NCBI GenBank assembly: GCA_002256025.1
Contig: NKIB01011400.1
Location: 1 to 64,000 of the forward strand
Reading direction: 5' to 3'
Length of the DNA: 64,000 bases
Origin: Asterionella formosa
Taxonomy: Eukaryota
The notes under the pieces were generated by a model that ran no database searches, was not told the origin of the DNA, and was given only the letters and a program-made list of their open reading frames with translations. Within the stretch, counting starts at the first letter, position 1; each line of letters begins with the position of its first letter. Positions 46,727 to 58,084 of the stretch are shown piece after piece. The translations under genes and the position numbers were made by a program.

Positions 46727-49666
46727 ATGACTGACATGACCCCGCAAGAACTGGAAGAGCTGGTCCTCCTTGCAGCGCACGTCAGTGCTACTTCTATTAA
46801 TAGTATTTATACTACTTCCGAACCAACATCACGACAATGGGAAGCGACCAATCGACTTGTTGAATGGACCAATAGTACTTCTACTACTGCCATTGCACCG
46901 TTGCTCATGTATCTGTTGAACCATTCGCAACATGATATTGTTATTTTTTATGCACTAAGTACATTTAAAGAATGTACCATTACATCCATCGACCGCCGTA
47001 TCGAATTACGAAATCTACTACTAAACTGGCCTGGAGAATCGGCATCACTGTTCCTACAAGCCAAAATTGGAGAAGTATTGTCGTTATTGGTTCAATGGGA
47101 CTTTCCACAGACATGGCCGAATGCCCTATATGACTTGACCAATATGGCATCACCTACTATATGGCTTCGTACATGGGATGAACTGTTTCAGGATTTAGAG
47201 TATAGCGGTGGTACTAGTACAACAACTACTACTACTACTACTTTTGATCCACAGCGGAGCATCCTAGTGGTCAAGGAAGCCATTCGTGGAACGACATTGG
47301 CATCACATGTCCTGACTACACTTACTACAGCCATAAAACAACAACCAAAGGATTCATTACGAAAATTGGCATTGCAGGTATTGCGACGGACCTTGTCTTG
47401 GCTTGATTTGAATTTGATACTACGTGATGTTGTTGGGCTGCTGTTTTTGTGTTTGTCACATGATGAAGGTATGGCGGTGTCGGCCTTGGAATGTTTACAA
47501 GAAATAATGAACCGTGGCATGGACCCAACGAAAAAATTACAATTGTTCATGACTACAAATATGCTGCATCACATCCATGCGCATGTTAACTTGGATATAT
47601 TGGACGTATCACCCATTGGTACTGTATTGGAAGTGGCCAAATTTGTCAACATGACGGGCTTGGAATTGGTGTCTTTCTGGGAAGACGATCCAGCCTTGCA
47701 TAACTTATTGCCACTGCTACAACAAGTTTTTGATTTGTTTCTTCGCTGTTTTGCCTTTGATGATATTGATGTTTCTGGGGCAGTCATCCCTTTGGCATCG
47801 CGATTGACATTGGCCATGGGCATGAATGATGAACGTCACAACAACAACAACAACAACAACAACGGAAATCCATTTCGAACTTCATTGCCTCAATTACTTG
47901 CTATTGTATATAGACAAATGAGATACCCACCTGACTTTACGTTTGCTCCAGACGATGAGGATGAAGCCGAAGAAGAAATATATAGAGCGGAGCTACGAAA
48001 ATTGAATCTACGATTGGTTAAGGTTGCACCTGACGTTTGTCTTGGTTTCCTTTGCGAAGCATTGGCGAATTTGCCAATGCCAATATCCACATCTACAATG
48101 CCAGATGTAGAAGCAGCCCTCAGGATGGTCTTTCATTATAGCGAAGGTATTCGCCCACCGCCTGGACTAAAGGTTGTCATGAAGAATGTCACTTTTCGAT
48201 CCATTCTTGTGGCATTGCATAATAGTGACATTACATCACATCCGCATAGTGAGGTATTGATGTTGTACTACGACTTGGCGGTACGTTATTTTCCCATTTT
48301 CAAAGATCAACCAGAGTTGTTGCCATCTTTTCTTGGGGCGATTAGTGGCCCGAACGGATTGCAACATGCCAATCCACGAGTGACAAGTCGGTCTTGTTAT
48401 CTACTTTTAAAATTGGTCAAGTCACTGGTGTCAGACATGCGACCCTACGTAGAGACTGCTGTGACGGGCATTCAAGGATTATTGTCGAACCAATCTCAAT
48501 ATTCCCTCCGACCTGACGATGCACTATACTTATTTGAAACCATTGGACTCCTTTTGGGAAAAACAGGCTTATCCCCAAAGGAACAGCAGCAAAGTTTAAC
48601 CAAGGTCATGGCCCCTCATATTCAATCCATTGAAGAGATGATACAATCATCAGACTTGGCACGAGATCCAGAATACTTTGGAGGTGTTTTATCTTCTTCA
48701 CTTTCTGCTGTCGCATATCTCAGCAAGGGCTTTTCCAAACCTCCACCTGAAGTCCAGTTAGTGTTGGCCGAAACTCTCAATGTTGCTTTGGTCGTCCTCG
48801 AGGTTCTACCTGAGAAAGAGCAAATTCGACGAAACAGTATTATTCTCTTTCAACGAATGATTCAATGTTTGGGCCTTCTAGTTTTGGAGAATGCCCCTCG
48901 TTTCTTTGCTATTTTGATAGTCAACTGTACCAGTGGAGATGTGGTTGACGTGGCTCAAATGTTCAATCAATTATGTATCAAATTCAAACAAGATGCTGCA
49001 CCTGCTTTGGACCGAGCCCTGCTTCCATTTCTTCAAAAGTGCCATAGTTTGATGCCCGTGACTGGGGAAGTGGTCCAGGGTGATATTCCGCCCCATTTAT
49101 TGACGGAACAGCTATCCATTAAGAAGTTGACATTTACCGTGCTGCAGCATATTGTTACACATCGAGCAACTGTTGTCTTGCTGTCTCCATCGAATTCGCC
49201 AAGCTTTGAGAGTATTATGAGAACAATGAGCGAAGGTGCCATATCTGTGGAAGATGCTGTAATGAAGAAGACATGCATTCAATTTTTCCAAGAGTTGGTG
49301 GACCAATGGGGTGAGCAAGTGAATGGATCAATTAATGGAAATTCGTCTATTCAGCAAGTTTTCTTGCAATACATTTGCACATCATTTGGACCAGGAATGA
49401 TCAAATGCCTTCTTGATCCTAACTTTGATGAAAAGGATGCTATGCTATCACGTTGTGTAGTAGAGTTTGCATCGGTATTTTGGTCATTCAAGGCCAGACG
49501 GGGAGCCGAGATCTTTCAGCAAGGAATTGTTATGGGATGTCTTCAGTCCAGTGGATGCCCATCCAACATCTTAGCAGGCTTCCAGGCAGCGTCGAATAGA
49601 ATAGAAATGGAAGTTTGTATGAAAGAGATGGTCAAAGTCATGAAAGTAAAACGCAGTTTTTCATGA
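46727..49666 (+). CDS. XPOT: Exportin-T (tRNA nuclear export receptor, importin-beta family)
   Basis: Likely ATG at 46727. HEAT-repeat protein with DFPQTWP, SWLDLNLI, EIMNRGMDPTKK, QMRYP, DEDEAEEEIYRAELR, VEAALRMVFHYSE, VRYFPIF, SRSCYLLLKLVK, LYLFETIGLL and LSKGF, matching exportin-T/Los1/PAUSED patterns. Confidence 0.85.
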   Translation: MTDMTPQELEELVLLAAHVSATSINSIYTTSEPTSRQWEATNRLVEWTNSTSTTAIAPLLMYLLNHSQHDIVIFYALSTFKECTITSIDRRIELRNLLLNWPGESASLFLQAKIGEVLSLLVQWDFPQTWPNALYDLTNMASPTIWLRTWDELFQDLEYSGGTSTTTTTTTTFDPQRSILVVKEAIRGTTLASHVLTTLTTAIKQQPKDSLRKLALQVLRRTLSWLDLNLILRDVVGLLFLCLSHDEGMAVSALECLQEIMNRGMDPTKKLQLFMTTNMLHHIHAHVNLDILDVSPIGTVLEVAKFVNMTGLELVSFWEDDPALHNLLPLLQQVFDLFLRCFAFDDIDVSGAVIPLASRLTLAMGMNDERHNNNNNNNNGNPFRTSLPQLLAIVYRQMRYPPDFTFAPDDEDEAEEEIYRAELRKLNLRLVKVAPDVCLGFLCEALANLPMPISTSTMPDVEAALRMVFHYSEGIRPPPGLKVVMKNVTFRSILVALHNSDITSHPHSEVLMLYYDLAVRYFPIFKDQPELLPSFLGAISGPNGLQHANPRVTSRSCYLLLKLVKSLVSDMRPYVETAVTGIQGLLSNQSQYSLRPDDALYLFETIGLLLGKTGLSPKEQQQSLTKVMAPHIQSIEEMIQSSDLARDPEYFGGVLSSSLSAVAYLSKGFSKPPPEVQLVLAETLNVALVVLEVLPEKEQIRRNSIILFQRMIQCLGLLVLENAPRFFAILIVNCTSGDVVDVAQMFNQLCIKFKQDAAPALDRALLPFLQKCHSLMPVTGEVVQGDIPPHLLTEQLSIKKLTFTVLQHIVTHRATVVLLSPSNSPSFESIMRTMSEGAISVEDAVMKKTCIQFFQELVDQWGEQVNGSINGNSSIQQVFLQYICTSFGPGMIKCLLDPNFDEKDAMLSRCVVEFASVFWSFKARRGAEIFQQGIVMGCLQSSGCPSNILAGFQAASNRIEMEVCMKEMVKVMKVKRSFS

Positions 49667-50429
49667 TATTATACCTCTTCTGCGATAATGGCTATAATTT
49701 ATAATAGAGCTTCAGAAATATATTCCCTCGTTTTTCATTGCGAATAAGGTTGTATTTGGCCTTGTCGTGGAAACTTCATTCATATGAATATTTTTGTCTA
49801 GCACTTGAAAAATCAGTTTGTCATTGTGATGCACCCGTAAACCGACGGTTCATCTTGCGAAACTGACAATAATAAAGTGTAAATTATGTGGTCGAAATCT
49901 ACTAGGTGACAAACACATTAATTAACATCATAGCATTAAAAGGCGATACGCCCATAATGATATTTATTGACAATATTATCCCTCGGATGAAATTCTCCTG
50001 TTGGAACTCGCCATTGTCGAAGTTCGACAACCAAGAAAAGAAACTGCCATTTAAAAAGGTGCGCTTTGCTTGTCATATTTTGCACAACACACGTGTACTA
50101 ATTAATTCACTCCGTAAATACGCAAATTGAAAACAGAGCACGAAAAGCGATGATGTTAGATGAGTCGATAAAACATCGCATACAATGAGTTTTTCACATA
50201 GCTGCAGAACACGACGATGTAATCATGAAGGAGAAGGAAGCAGCAAAGCTAATAAATAGGTAACATTGGTAGAGGACGTCGTTGCGAAATTGTCACAAGT
50301 TGGTGTTTCGAACTCACCTAGGAGTCGAACCGGTACCGGTATATGCCCTCAAGTAGCATTTGAATGTTAAAGAGATTTTAATCTCATTTATAATATTCAT
50401 CTGCTCCTCAGATAATTTCCCCTTAAATG

Positions 50430-50700
50430 CCCACGGTAACTATCCTTGGCCGTAGAATTAAAAAAATTGAAAATAAATTCTCAACCATATGTGCTGGCTT
50501 CCCCAGCTTTTGGACGATTTGCATTGTTACTCCTCCCACAATTGTCTTGCTTGTAATAGAAACCGAAGGTTTGTCTTCCATCGCGGGGAAATTCTTTCGC
50601 ATTGCAAAAACTGATTGACCTTGTGGGCTCCCTTTCCCTTGGCATCAGCTGCCACAGATTGTAATCTGGATGGTAGCGTGAGGACTTGTCAAAGAAGATC
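50430..50700 (-). pseudogene. Possible highly decayed piggyBac-like transposase C-terminal fragment
   Basis: Minus-strand fragments WQLMPREREPTR...YYK...NNANR...KLG...NLFSIF loosely recall the YY..D.HN..R region. Weak, by-eye similarity only. Confidence 0.25.
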
Positions 50701-50920
50701 TTCAGGCACTGACAGAATAAAGGATTATCATGATACTTGCCCTTGATGAGCTTGGGTACATCCGCATATATTGCACATTGTAAATTTTAATTGCAGCCTG
50801 AAATAATTTGCAGTTTCGGATAAATTCATTGCCCAACTTCGCTTCCCGATTGACTTGCTTGTGGCGATAGGTTTGCTTCCAGGGAAGTTGTGTTCTGTAA
50901 TCTGGCATGCCATCACTCCT

Positions 50921-50993
50921 GCAAGTTGCGGTCATTTTGCTTAAGTAAACGATTTCATATGCGATAAAGATAGCTAAATTTTGAGTTTCAGCA
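50921..50993. mobile_element. MITE-like element, copy 3 (right TIR truncated)
   Basis: GCAAGTTGCGGTCATTTTGCTTAAG...GATAAAGATAGCTAAA...GTTTCAGCA, after which homology stops. Confidence 0.6.
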
Positions 50994-51259
50994 TGCAGCA
51001 AGTTGAATTCTTGTAAGAGATATGCTTGTCCCACCCAAGTATTCTCTTGAGTACAATGGTATGTGAGAATATTTTGTATTTTTGTTTCTTCTACACATTC
51101 ACTAATTGAAACATTTAATACCAATGCAATTAGCTGTGACACCATCAGGGAAAGAATAGATTGTTTCATCAGCTCAAAGCCAACATTTTGGCACTTCTGC
51201 TTTATCCTTTAGCACATCAAATTGTTCAAACAGTTCAGCAAAACAAACTTCCCTCTTTG

Positions 51260-51690
51260 AACCCAATTGAAGTTAATTTTGGAAAGCAACATTGGACAAA
51301 AATTTTCCAAGTAGTATTCAATGCCAATCAATCTCTATTATTTTTATTATGGCCGAGTTGATGATACCTCAGTTACATAATTTTCTCAATATTCAACAAA
51401 GAAGAACAAGATAAATCATAAAGGCAAAAAGGGTAAATCATTCTTTGACTTGGGTTGAAATATTTGCTTTCTGCTCAAGTGATTCAATCGCTCTAGTGTG
51501 AAAGAAACCCAATGCAAGCTAATTTTGGAATGAGCAACATTGGACAACGATTTCAAGTATTTCATTGCCAATCAATCTCTAATATTTTCATAATGAAACA
51601 AATCATGAAATATTAGTAACCATTTTTTTCTCAATATTCAACAATGAAGACCAAAGATTTTATATTCTCTAGCAAAGGGTTGAAAGCTTT
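51260..51690 (+). repeat. Diverged tandem duplication, period about 245 bp
   Basis: AACCCAAT..AAG.TAATTTTGGAA..GCAACATTGGACAA...TGCCAATCAATCTCTA...TTTTCTCAATATTCAACAA occurs at about 51260 and 51506. Confidence 0.65.
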
Positions 51691-53659
51691 CCGAATTTCC
51701 CTCTCAGGTTTAAGAATAGATATCCTCCCAGGGTACAGAGAAGGTATTAGTTGCCTGAATGTTGTCCCATTTCGTGTTAGGATCACAACGCAAAGAATGA
51801 CGCAATTTACTGCAGTATGATTTGAGACCACCATTGAAATGGGAGGACAACAAATGTTCGGGATAAAATTTGGTTTTGGCCATGCAAATGTAACCTTTAA
51901 AAGGAAGAATGGCCGAGATAGAATAATTGAGCAAATCAGCAACTAAATATATATTTCAATCTCAGGGAGTTTTCAACATTCCACATGTTTTAAAATTATC
52001 CATACTTATCTCTTTTCTTGATGATAATCTGAAATTTGGACATCAGAAATTAAAAAGCCTCAGAAAATACCAAAATTCCTCATTCTGCTTTGCGAGCTTG
52101 CGAGCAATACCCATCACTCATCATTTTGGTAAATCGGCAGGTAGATATATTCTCCCGAATAATGCCATTGATAGAATTATTTTGCAAACTGATTATCCTT
52201 AAATAATGTCATCTCAGGGATTGTTGAACATTCGAAATGCTTTACAAGGATATTCTCCCAATTCTCGATATCAGAATTATCTGCTTTTCAGATTATATTT
52301 TGATGTATTACGCAGCTAATATTTAGCTAGAATAACCTTACTGACGTGAAAAAATATATGTGAAACAGCTACAAAGTTTGAACGAAGTGCCAGCATCATA
52401 ACACTTGATGAATCAGTTGATGGGAAGGAAGTACAGGCTTATACCAACAAATCAAGTCATGTATTTTGTTGACGTTGAATCTGCTTGGATTGGATGTTTA
52501 AAAATTGAACAAAATGTCTCGATTATTAGTTTTTTAACCCCGCTTAAAATTCGCTTGTTATCCAACAGAATGCATTGCTTTTTTAAGAAACGACTGAAAA
52601 GAGCTTACTCATTGTTGGAAACCGCGATTTTGGCAAAGCTCAAGGCTCATGCAAGTTTGTTGCAAGTGTGTAGTGTCATGTTGTAAGTTTTAAGGACCGG
52701 GAGTCATCGGGTATGTGACATAATTTGATGTTCTTGATGCGACAAAAATAAATGTCATGTCAGAAGTTGTGGTAGGGTTCTACAATCACAAAGAAATCCA
52801 ATTGGAGATAAACAGCTGAAGGGAAGATTTGCATGTTAGGATGATCGAAAATCTTGTCCATGGTCAAGTCTTGTGTGGCTCCATTATTCTTCAGAAACGC
52901 GTTCATGGTCGTTCTTTATTTGCGTCCGCTGAATCCATAATGATTTCCATGCAAGTCACTCAGCTAAGAAATGTGTTTTCAATGCCAATTGACATAAGTC
53001 ACCTGCAGACATTGTCAGTTTGGTTAAACCACCATTAGAGTTCATGCAACACCAAATTCTTCTTGTTTGTGCTCAATATCCGTGCTGTCATTGTGGCACT
53101 TACTTACTTGACAATTGGCGAAAATGGTACTAAGTGATGCGTGCCATGAAAAAATTTAACCAGTGTCAAACATTATAGCATGCATCGAATGCTGCCACAA
53201 AAAGCACTACCTATATATAATAAGCAGAGCAATTCCTCAAGCTCCTCGAAACAAGTTCATCCCAACTGATTCTTCATTCACCATCAAGCCAGAGTTACTT
53301 AACATGGATTTTTGGCCCCTATTACAACAGGACAGTGCTAGTTGGCGCCATTGTCCAACATCCATCCTTATGGTCTACATGGGCTGCTGTTGCCCGTGTT
53401 AGTTAGCACTCAGCTTGCATATTATCCAATGTGAGCCATGATCAATCCAAATATTATATTATTAGTTTCATGATTGTTCGTTTAATGGCTTGTTATATAT
53501 TATTACAGGACTCAAACCAAAGGAGTTGAAGGTCTAGCATGTGGTTCATCACTGGTGTCCTTTTTTGTGTTTGTTTTCGACCATTCATCTTGCCATTCAA
53601 AAAAATGACCATATATGGCTTGTTGTGTGACATTGCGCCACCCCAAGGAATAGATAGGA

Positions 53660-56245
53660 GCACAAAGGAGATCGCCCTATTCACACAGAAATGCAAAGGT
53701 ATTTGCAAGAGCTGCGGCAAACAAGGGCACAAGGCCGACGTGTGGTGCCGATAGAAAACAGAAAACAAATACAAGCGGAATGAACAATGCAAACGGGACA
53801 AACGCAAGAAATGAGATTAAGTGCTATAATTGCAACATACATGTCGGGCATATTGCAAGGGACTGTCCGGAACCAAAACGCGCAGGGCGCGGTGAGAAGA
53901 AAAAAGAATCCGGCACATACGTTGTAATGTGCGAGGAGATAATGGAGGAGGTGACGACAGCCACCACGGACGTAATGAATGCTAGTACCGGAACTCCTAG
54001 TATGCATGTGGTTTGTTCCTACAATGGAAGACAAGTGGTACGAAGGCCAACATTGCGCATCAAGTAACGGCACGGAGCGCTGGCTTGCGGACACTGGGGC
54101 TACCACGCACATCACTATGAGTGACGAATACATGACAAACGTCGAAAACGTCAACATCTCGGTCATTGTTGGTGATGGCAAAGAGGTGGTATGCACGAAA
54201 TGAGGTGATATTCTAATTACCAACAAAACGTGGTGCTCAATGTCGTTACTACGCAAGGTACCAGGTACTACTCTACTACACTCCACACTTCCACAAGAAT
54301 ATCGTAAGCATCGGGCGATTTGTTAAGAACAGAGGGTGCGAGGCACGCATGAAGGGGTCCGAGTTGAGTCTTCATAAGGAATGCAGGATAAGACAACGAA
54401 CTCACCTTTTCTTGTGAGGATCAAGGCGTCCTTTACTACTTCAAGGGAAAACGTTTCCTACAAGAATCCGAAACGGTCTTGTCTATCCACGACTCGACAA
54501 TTAACCCTCCACCCAATCTTAGGTACTCCAAAGATTACCAAGACAGTGATGCAACCTCCTAAGCCAAAGACTACCAAGAAACCTAGCTACTACGCAAATG
54601 GACATCAACGATGAGGCCCATGACAAATACGGCCACATCAGCGAGGCATCCCTTCGCGCAACGCTAAAGTCCCTCGGTATTGAACTTACGGGCAAGATTC
54701 AGTCGTGTGAAGCTGCGCACTAGCTAAGTAAGGCAAAGGCCAAAGCGGTACCTAAAGTCACGACCCTCAAGCAGGCCTCTACTCCTGCTGAATTGTACAT
54801 GGACATGATTTCAGGTCCCTACAAGAAATCTCTAATTGGAAGCAACCACTGGATCCTATTTGTGAATCAGTACACAGGCAAGGCATGGAGTTATTTCGTT
54901 TACAAGAACAAGAGTGCAAAAAAAATGTCGCGGATGCCCTACTGATTACACTCAAGTGAGCGGGCTATGTAGTACGCTTCCTAGGCTACGTTGCGACAAT
55001 GCCGGTGAAAACATGACCAGTCTAAGTATCGTCTGCACCACGCAGGGTATTCAGATTTTTTCATCAACAGAACGGAGTCGTGGAACAAAAATTTGTGACA
55101 ATACAAGACTGAGCAAGCATGCGCCGCCCTCCACACGCAACTAACGAACTCTGTCACTAACTCAAATACGGAAAAATGCCCCAACTGGCTTATCTACGGT
55201 TTTCAGCCTAAGATTTATCATCGCCTGATTCAGTTTGGAAGGGTGGGGTGGGCCACAATTCGGACGCTGAGGCAGAAATTATCAAATGTGTCATGCTTGG
55301 CTACAGTCATGACCACGCCAGTGATTTCTACCGCATGTACAATATGGCCACGAAAAAGGTCTTCAACACAAGGGATCTTAAATGGGCCGACTGGCATGGA
55401 AATATCAAACCAACAGCGGACATGATGGACGAATTCACCACAGACGGATCCGGTATAGATGAGAAATTCGACACTCCTACTAAACCTACCAACGCAATCT
55501 CTCCTGACAAACATGGGGCCAATATACTACTACCAACGAAACCAGACAATCCCAGTACTCCCAAGAGAGTGAGCTTTGCAGATTCCGTTGCAGCTGGTAT
55601 GAATACGAACGAGCATCGCTTGTACGAATTATGCTACGAAATCTACCAAGCTCGATCGAGAAATGAATAGGCTATCTACTCCAGGCTTTGTGGCCTCGCC
55701 TACGCCTACTCATGCAGGCACACGGCAGCAATCATCCGCAGCACGCACGCTAATACTGGATGACGATACCAACGAAAACCTCGAAGAGCACCAATCTAGT
55801 AGTGAGGAAGCTCATTCAACGAGCCTAGTTTCTGACCCACTCAAACCCAAGAGCTACAAGCAGGCACTATTAAGCAACGAAAAAGACGAATGGACAAAGG
55901 CAATCGAAGCTGAGATTGAAAACTTCTACTCCCGCAAAGTGTGGAAACTAATCCTCGGAAGAACCTAAATTGACAAAAGCCACTTGGAGCAAAATGAGTA
56001 TTTAAGAAAAAGAACGAGCACGACAACACTACGCGCTACAAGGGTTGTATTGTGGTAAAAGGCTATCATGTGCAGATATCAGATGTCGACTTCACAGATT
56101 CATTTGCACCTGTTGTTACGTATACTGGCCTACGTAGTATTGTGTTTGCAATCACCCAATGCAGGAAAATTTGTATTTGAAATTGTGGACATCGAAGCGG
56201 CATTCCTCAAAGCCAACCTCGACGAAGAAATCTAGTACATAGAAT
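53660..56245 (+). mobile_element. Decayed Ty1/copia LTR retrotransposon, internal gag-pol region
   Basis: Domains appear in copia order across many stops and frameshifts: two zinc knuckles (CKSCGKQGHKAD, CYNC..HVGHIARDC), protease WLADTGATTHIT, pre-integrase HDKYGHISE, integrase (LRCDNAGEN, CVMLGYSHDHASDFYRMYN), and RT (PKSYKQAL..EWTKAIEAEIENF..KVWKL, DIEAAFLKANLDEEI). Confidence 0.9.
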
Positions 56246-56421
56246 TGTTGAGGGGAAGAACCTTATCGTGAATAAAAGTGAGTTACAATATAATCATGAC
56301 TACTATTCTATTGCTATCATGAGTGCATTCTTATTAGCACTCACGCATGTATCTAATCTGGTGGTTACACCGGTATGGTTCTTACGTCGCTCGTATGGAA
56401 TGCCATACATAGATATTAACA
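56246..56421 (-). mobile_element. Putative 176 bp 3' LTR of a second, opposite-strand copia element inserted into the RT of the first
   Basis: Bounded by TGTTG...TTAACA. On the minus strand it is preceded by a purine-rich GAGGGTG immediately before TGTTAAT. The host RT homology stops exactly at 56245. Confidence 0.55.
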
Positions 56422-57600
56422 CACCCTCACCAGCAGATTCAGGTAGAATAGTGGGAAGAGAAAGGGGAGCAGCAGCAGAGGCCAAGCAAGCATAGTAGTT
56501 AGAGGGACCAGGGAGGGAAGGAGGACAGCCAATGGAGATAGCAAGCAAGGGCGCATCAAAGTATGATGGGAAGCAGGATGATGCTTAGAACGTCTATGAA
56601 TAAAATTTCCATTAGATCTAACGTTTTACTCAGCATATTTAAAAAAGTTATTTATTAAGCTAAATTTGTATTATATTGATAATAATTTTGATATCATATC
56701 AGCAACTTTTTCTGTGTGATCACCAATCAAATTCACATCTCAGGTCATAATCATACACATGTCACGTTATCTGGTGGTTACACCGGTATGGTTCTTACGT
56801 CGCTTGTATGGAATGCCATACGTACATATTAACACACCCTCACCAGCAGATTCAGGTAGAATAGTGGGAAGAGAAAGGGGAGCAGCAGCAGAGGCCAAGC
56901 AAGCATAGTAGTTAGAGGGACCAGGGAGGGAAGGAGGACAGCCAATGGAGAGATAGAAAGCAAGGGCGCATCAAAGTATGATGGGAAGCAGGATGATGCT
57001 TAGAACGTCTATGAATAAAATTTCCATTAGATCTAACGTTTTACTCAGCATATTTAAAAAAGTTATTTATTAAGCTAAATTTGTATTATATTGATAATAA
57101 TTTTGATATCATTTCAACAACTTTTTCTGTGTGATCACCAATCAAATTCACATCTCAGGTCATAATCGTACACATGTCACGTTGTCTGGTGGTTACACCG
57201 GTATGGTTCTTACGTCGCTTGTATGGAATGCCATACGTACATATTAACACACCCTCACCAGCAGATTCAGGTAGAATAGTGGGAAGAGAAAGGGGAGCAG
57301 CAGCAGAAGCCAAGCAAGCATAGTAGTTGGAGGGACCAGGGAGGGAAGGAGGACAGCCAATGGAGACGATAGCAAGCAAGGGCGCATCAAAGTATGATGG
57401 GAAGCAGGATGATGCTTAGAACGTCTATGAATAAAATTTCCATTAGATCTAACGTTTTACTCAGCATATTTAAAAAAGTTATTTATTAAGCTAAATTTGT
57501 ATTATATTGATAATAATTTTGATATCATATCAGCAACTTTTTCTGTGTGATCACCAATCAAATTCACATCTCAGGTCATAATCGTACACATCTCACGTTG
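56357..57600 (+). repeat. Tandem array of three ~413-416 bp near-identical units
   Basis: Units start TCTGGTGGTTACACCGGTATGG at 56357, 56770 and 57185, and differ by only a few substitutions and small indels. Confidence 0.95.
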
Positions 57601-57886
57601 TGCGTATGTAAAAACTTGCTTGTTTATCTTATGTACCAAAACTTATTGATCAAGCGAAACTTTTGTTATACAGTATCGAGTGAATTTTTGATTGATCAAA
57701 AACTTTTGATCTTTGATCAATTCAATTTATATTGAAGGTTATCACTTATGCACACGTCACGGATGAGAACGTAGAAGCTTGTACTACCTGATAATTGCAT
57801 ACTGATTTTTTTGTACCAGCTCCTTCTTGCTATTCGCACATTAACAATCATCCTTAGCTGGTACCTGGTACCAGGGTACCATCGAC

Positions 57887-58084
57887 ATTGCTGAAGGCAA
57901 TAAACGCCCGAGGTGGTCTCATGCCTGCGAGTATACATGTGTTCGAGGCTGGGTGGCGCGAGTAGGTTGACAATACGAGTGGCGCCCGCACTGCGAGAAG
58001 GTCACCCTACGAGTGCCATCCCAGCCGAGTACACATGTGAACGAGAAGGCATGTAGCCACCGAGCAGGGTATTACTGAGGCAAT
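57887..58084 (+). other. ~200 bp fold-back element with periodic CGAG/CGAG (tandem G.A) internal loops
   Basis: Ten CGAG motifs at 57909, 57928, 57944, 57959, 57976 | 57994, 58010, 58026, 58042, 58061, arranged mirror-symmetrically. The intervening segments are reverse-complementary across the axis. Confidence 0.8.

Noticed and set aside
47837..47863. (AAC)n microsatellite, also (ACT)n near 47225
   Set aside because: Ordinary in-frame poly-Asn and poly-Thr tracts inside exportin-T.
51000..52300. Possible decayed leucine-rich-repeat gene
   Set aside because: Internal repeats are visible, but no consistent LRR reading frame could be reconstructed by eye.
56357..57600. Tandem ncRNA gene array (5S, snRNA or SL RNA) or repeated small ORFs
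   Set aside because: No recognisable RNA gene motifs. The unit is explained as a TE-junction chimera, and the 74-81 aa ORFs are not preserved identically in all copies.
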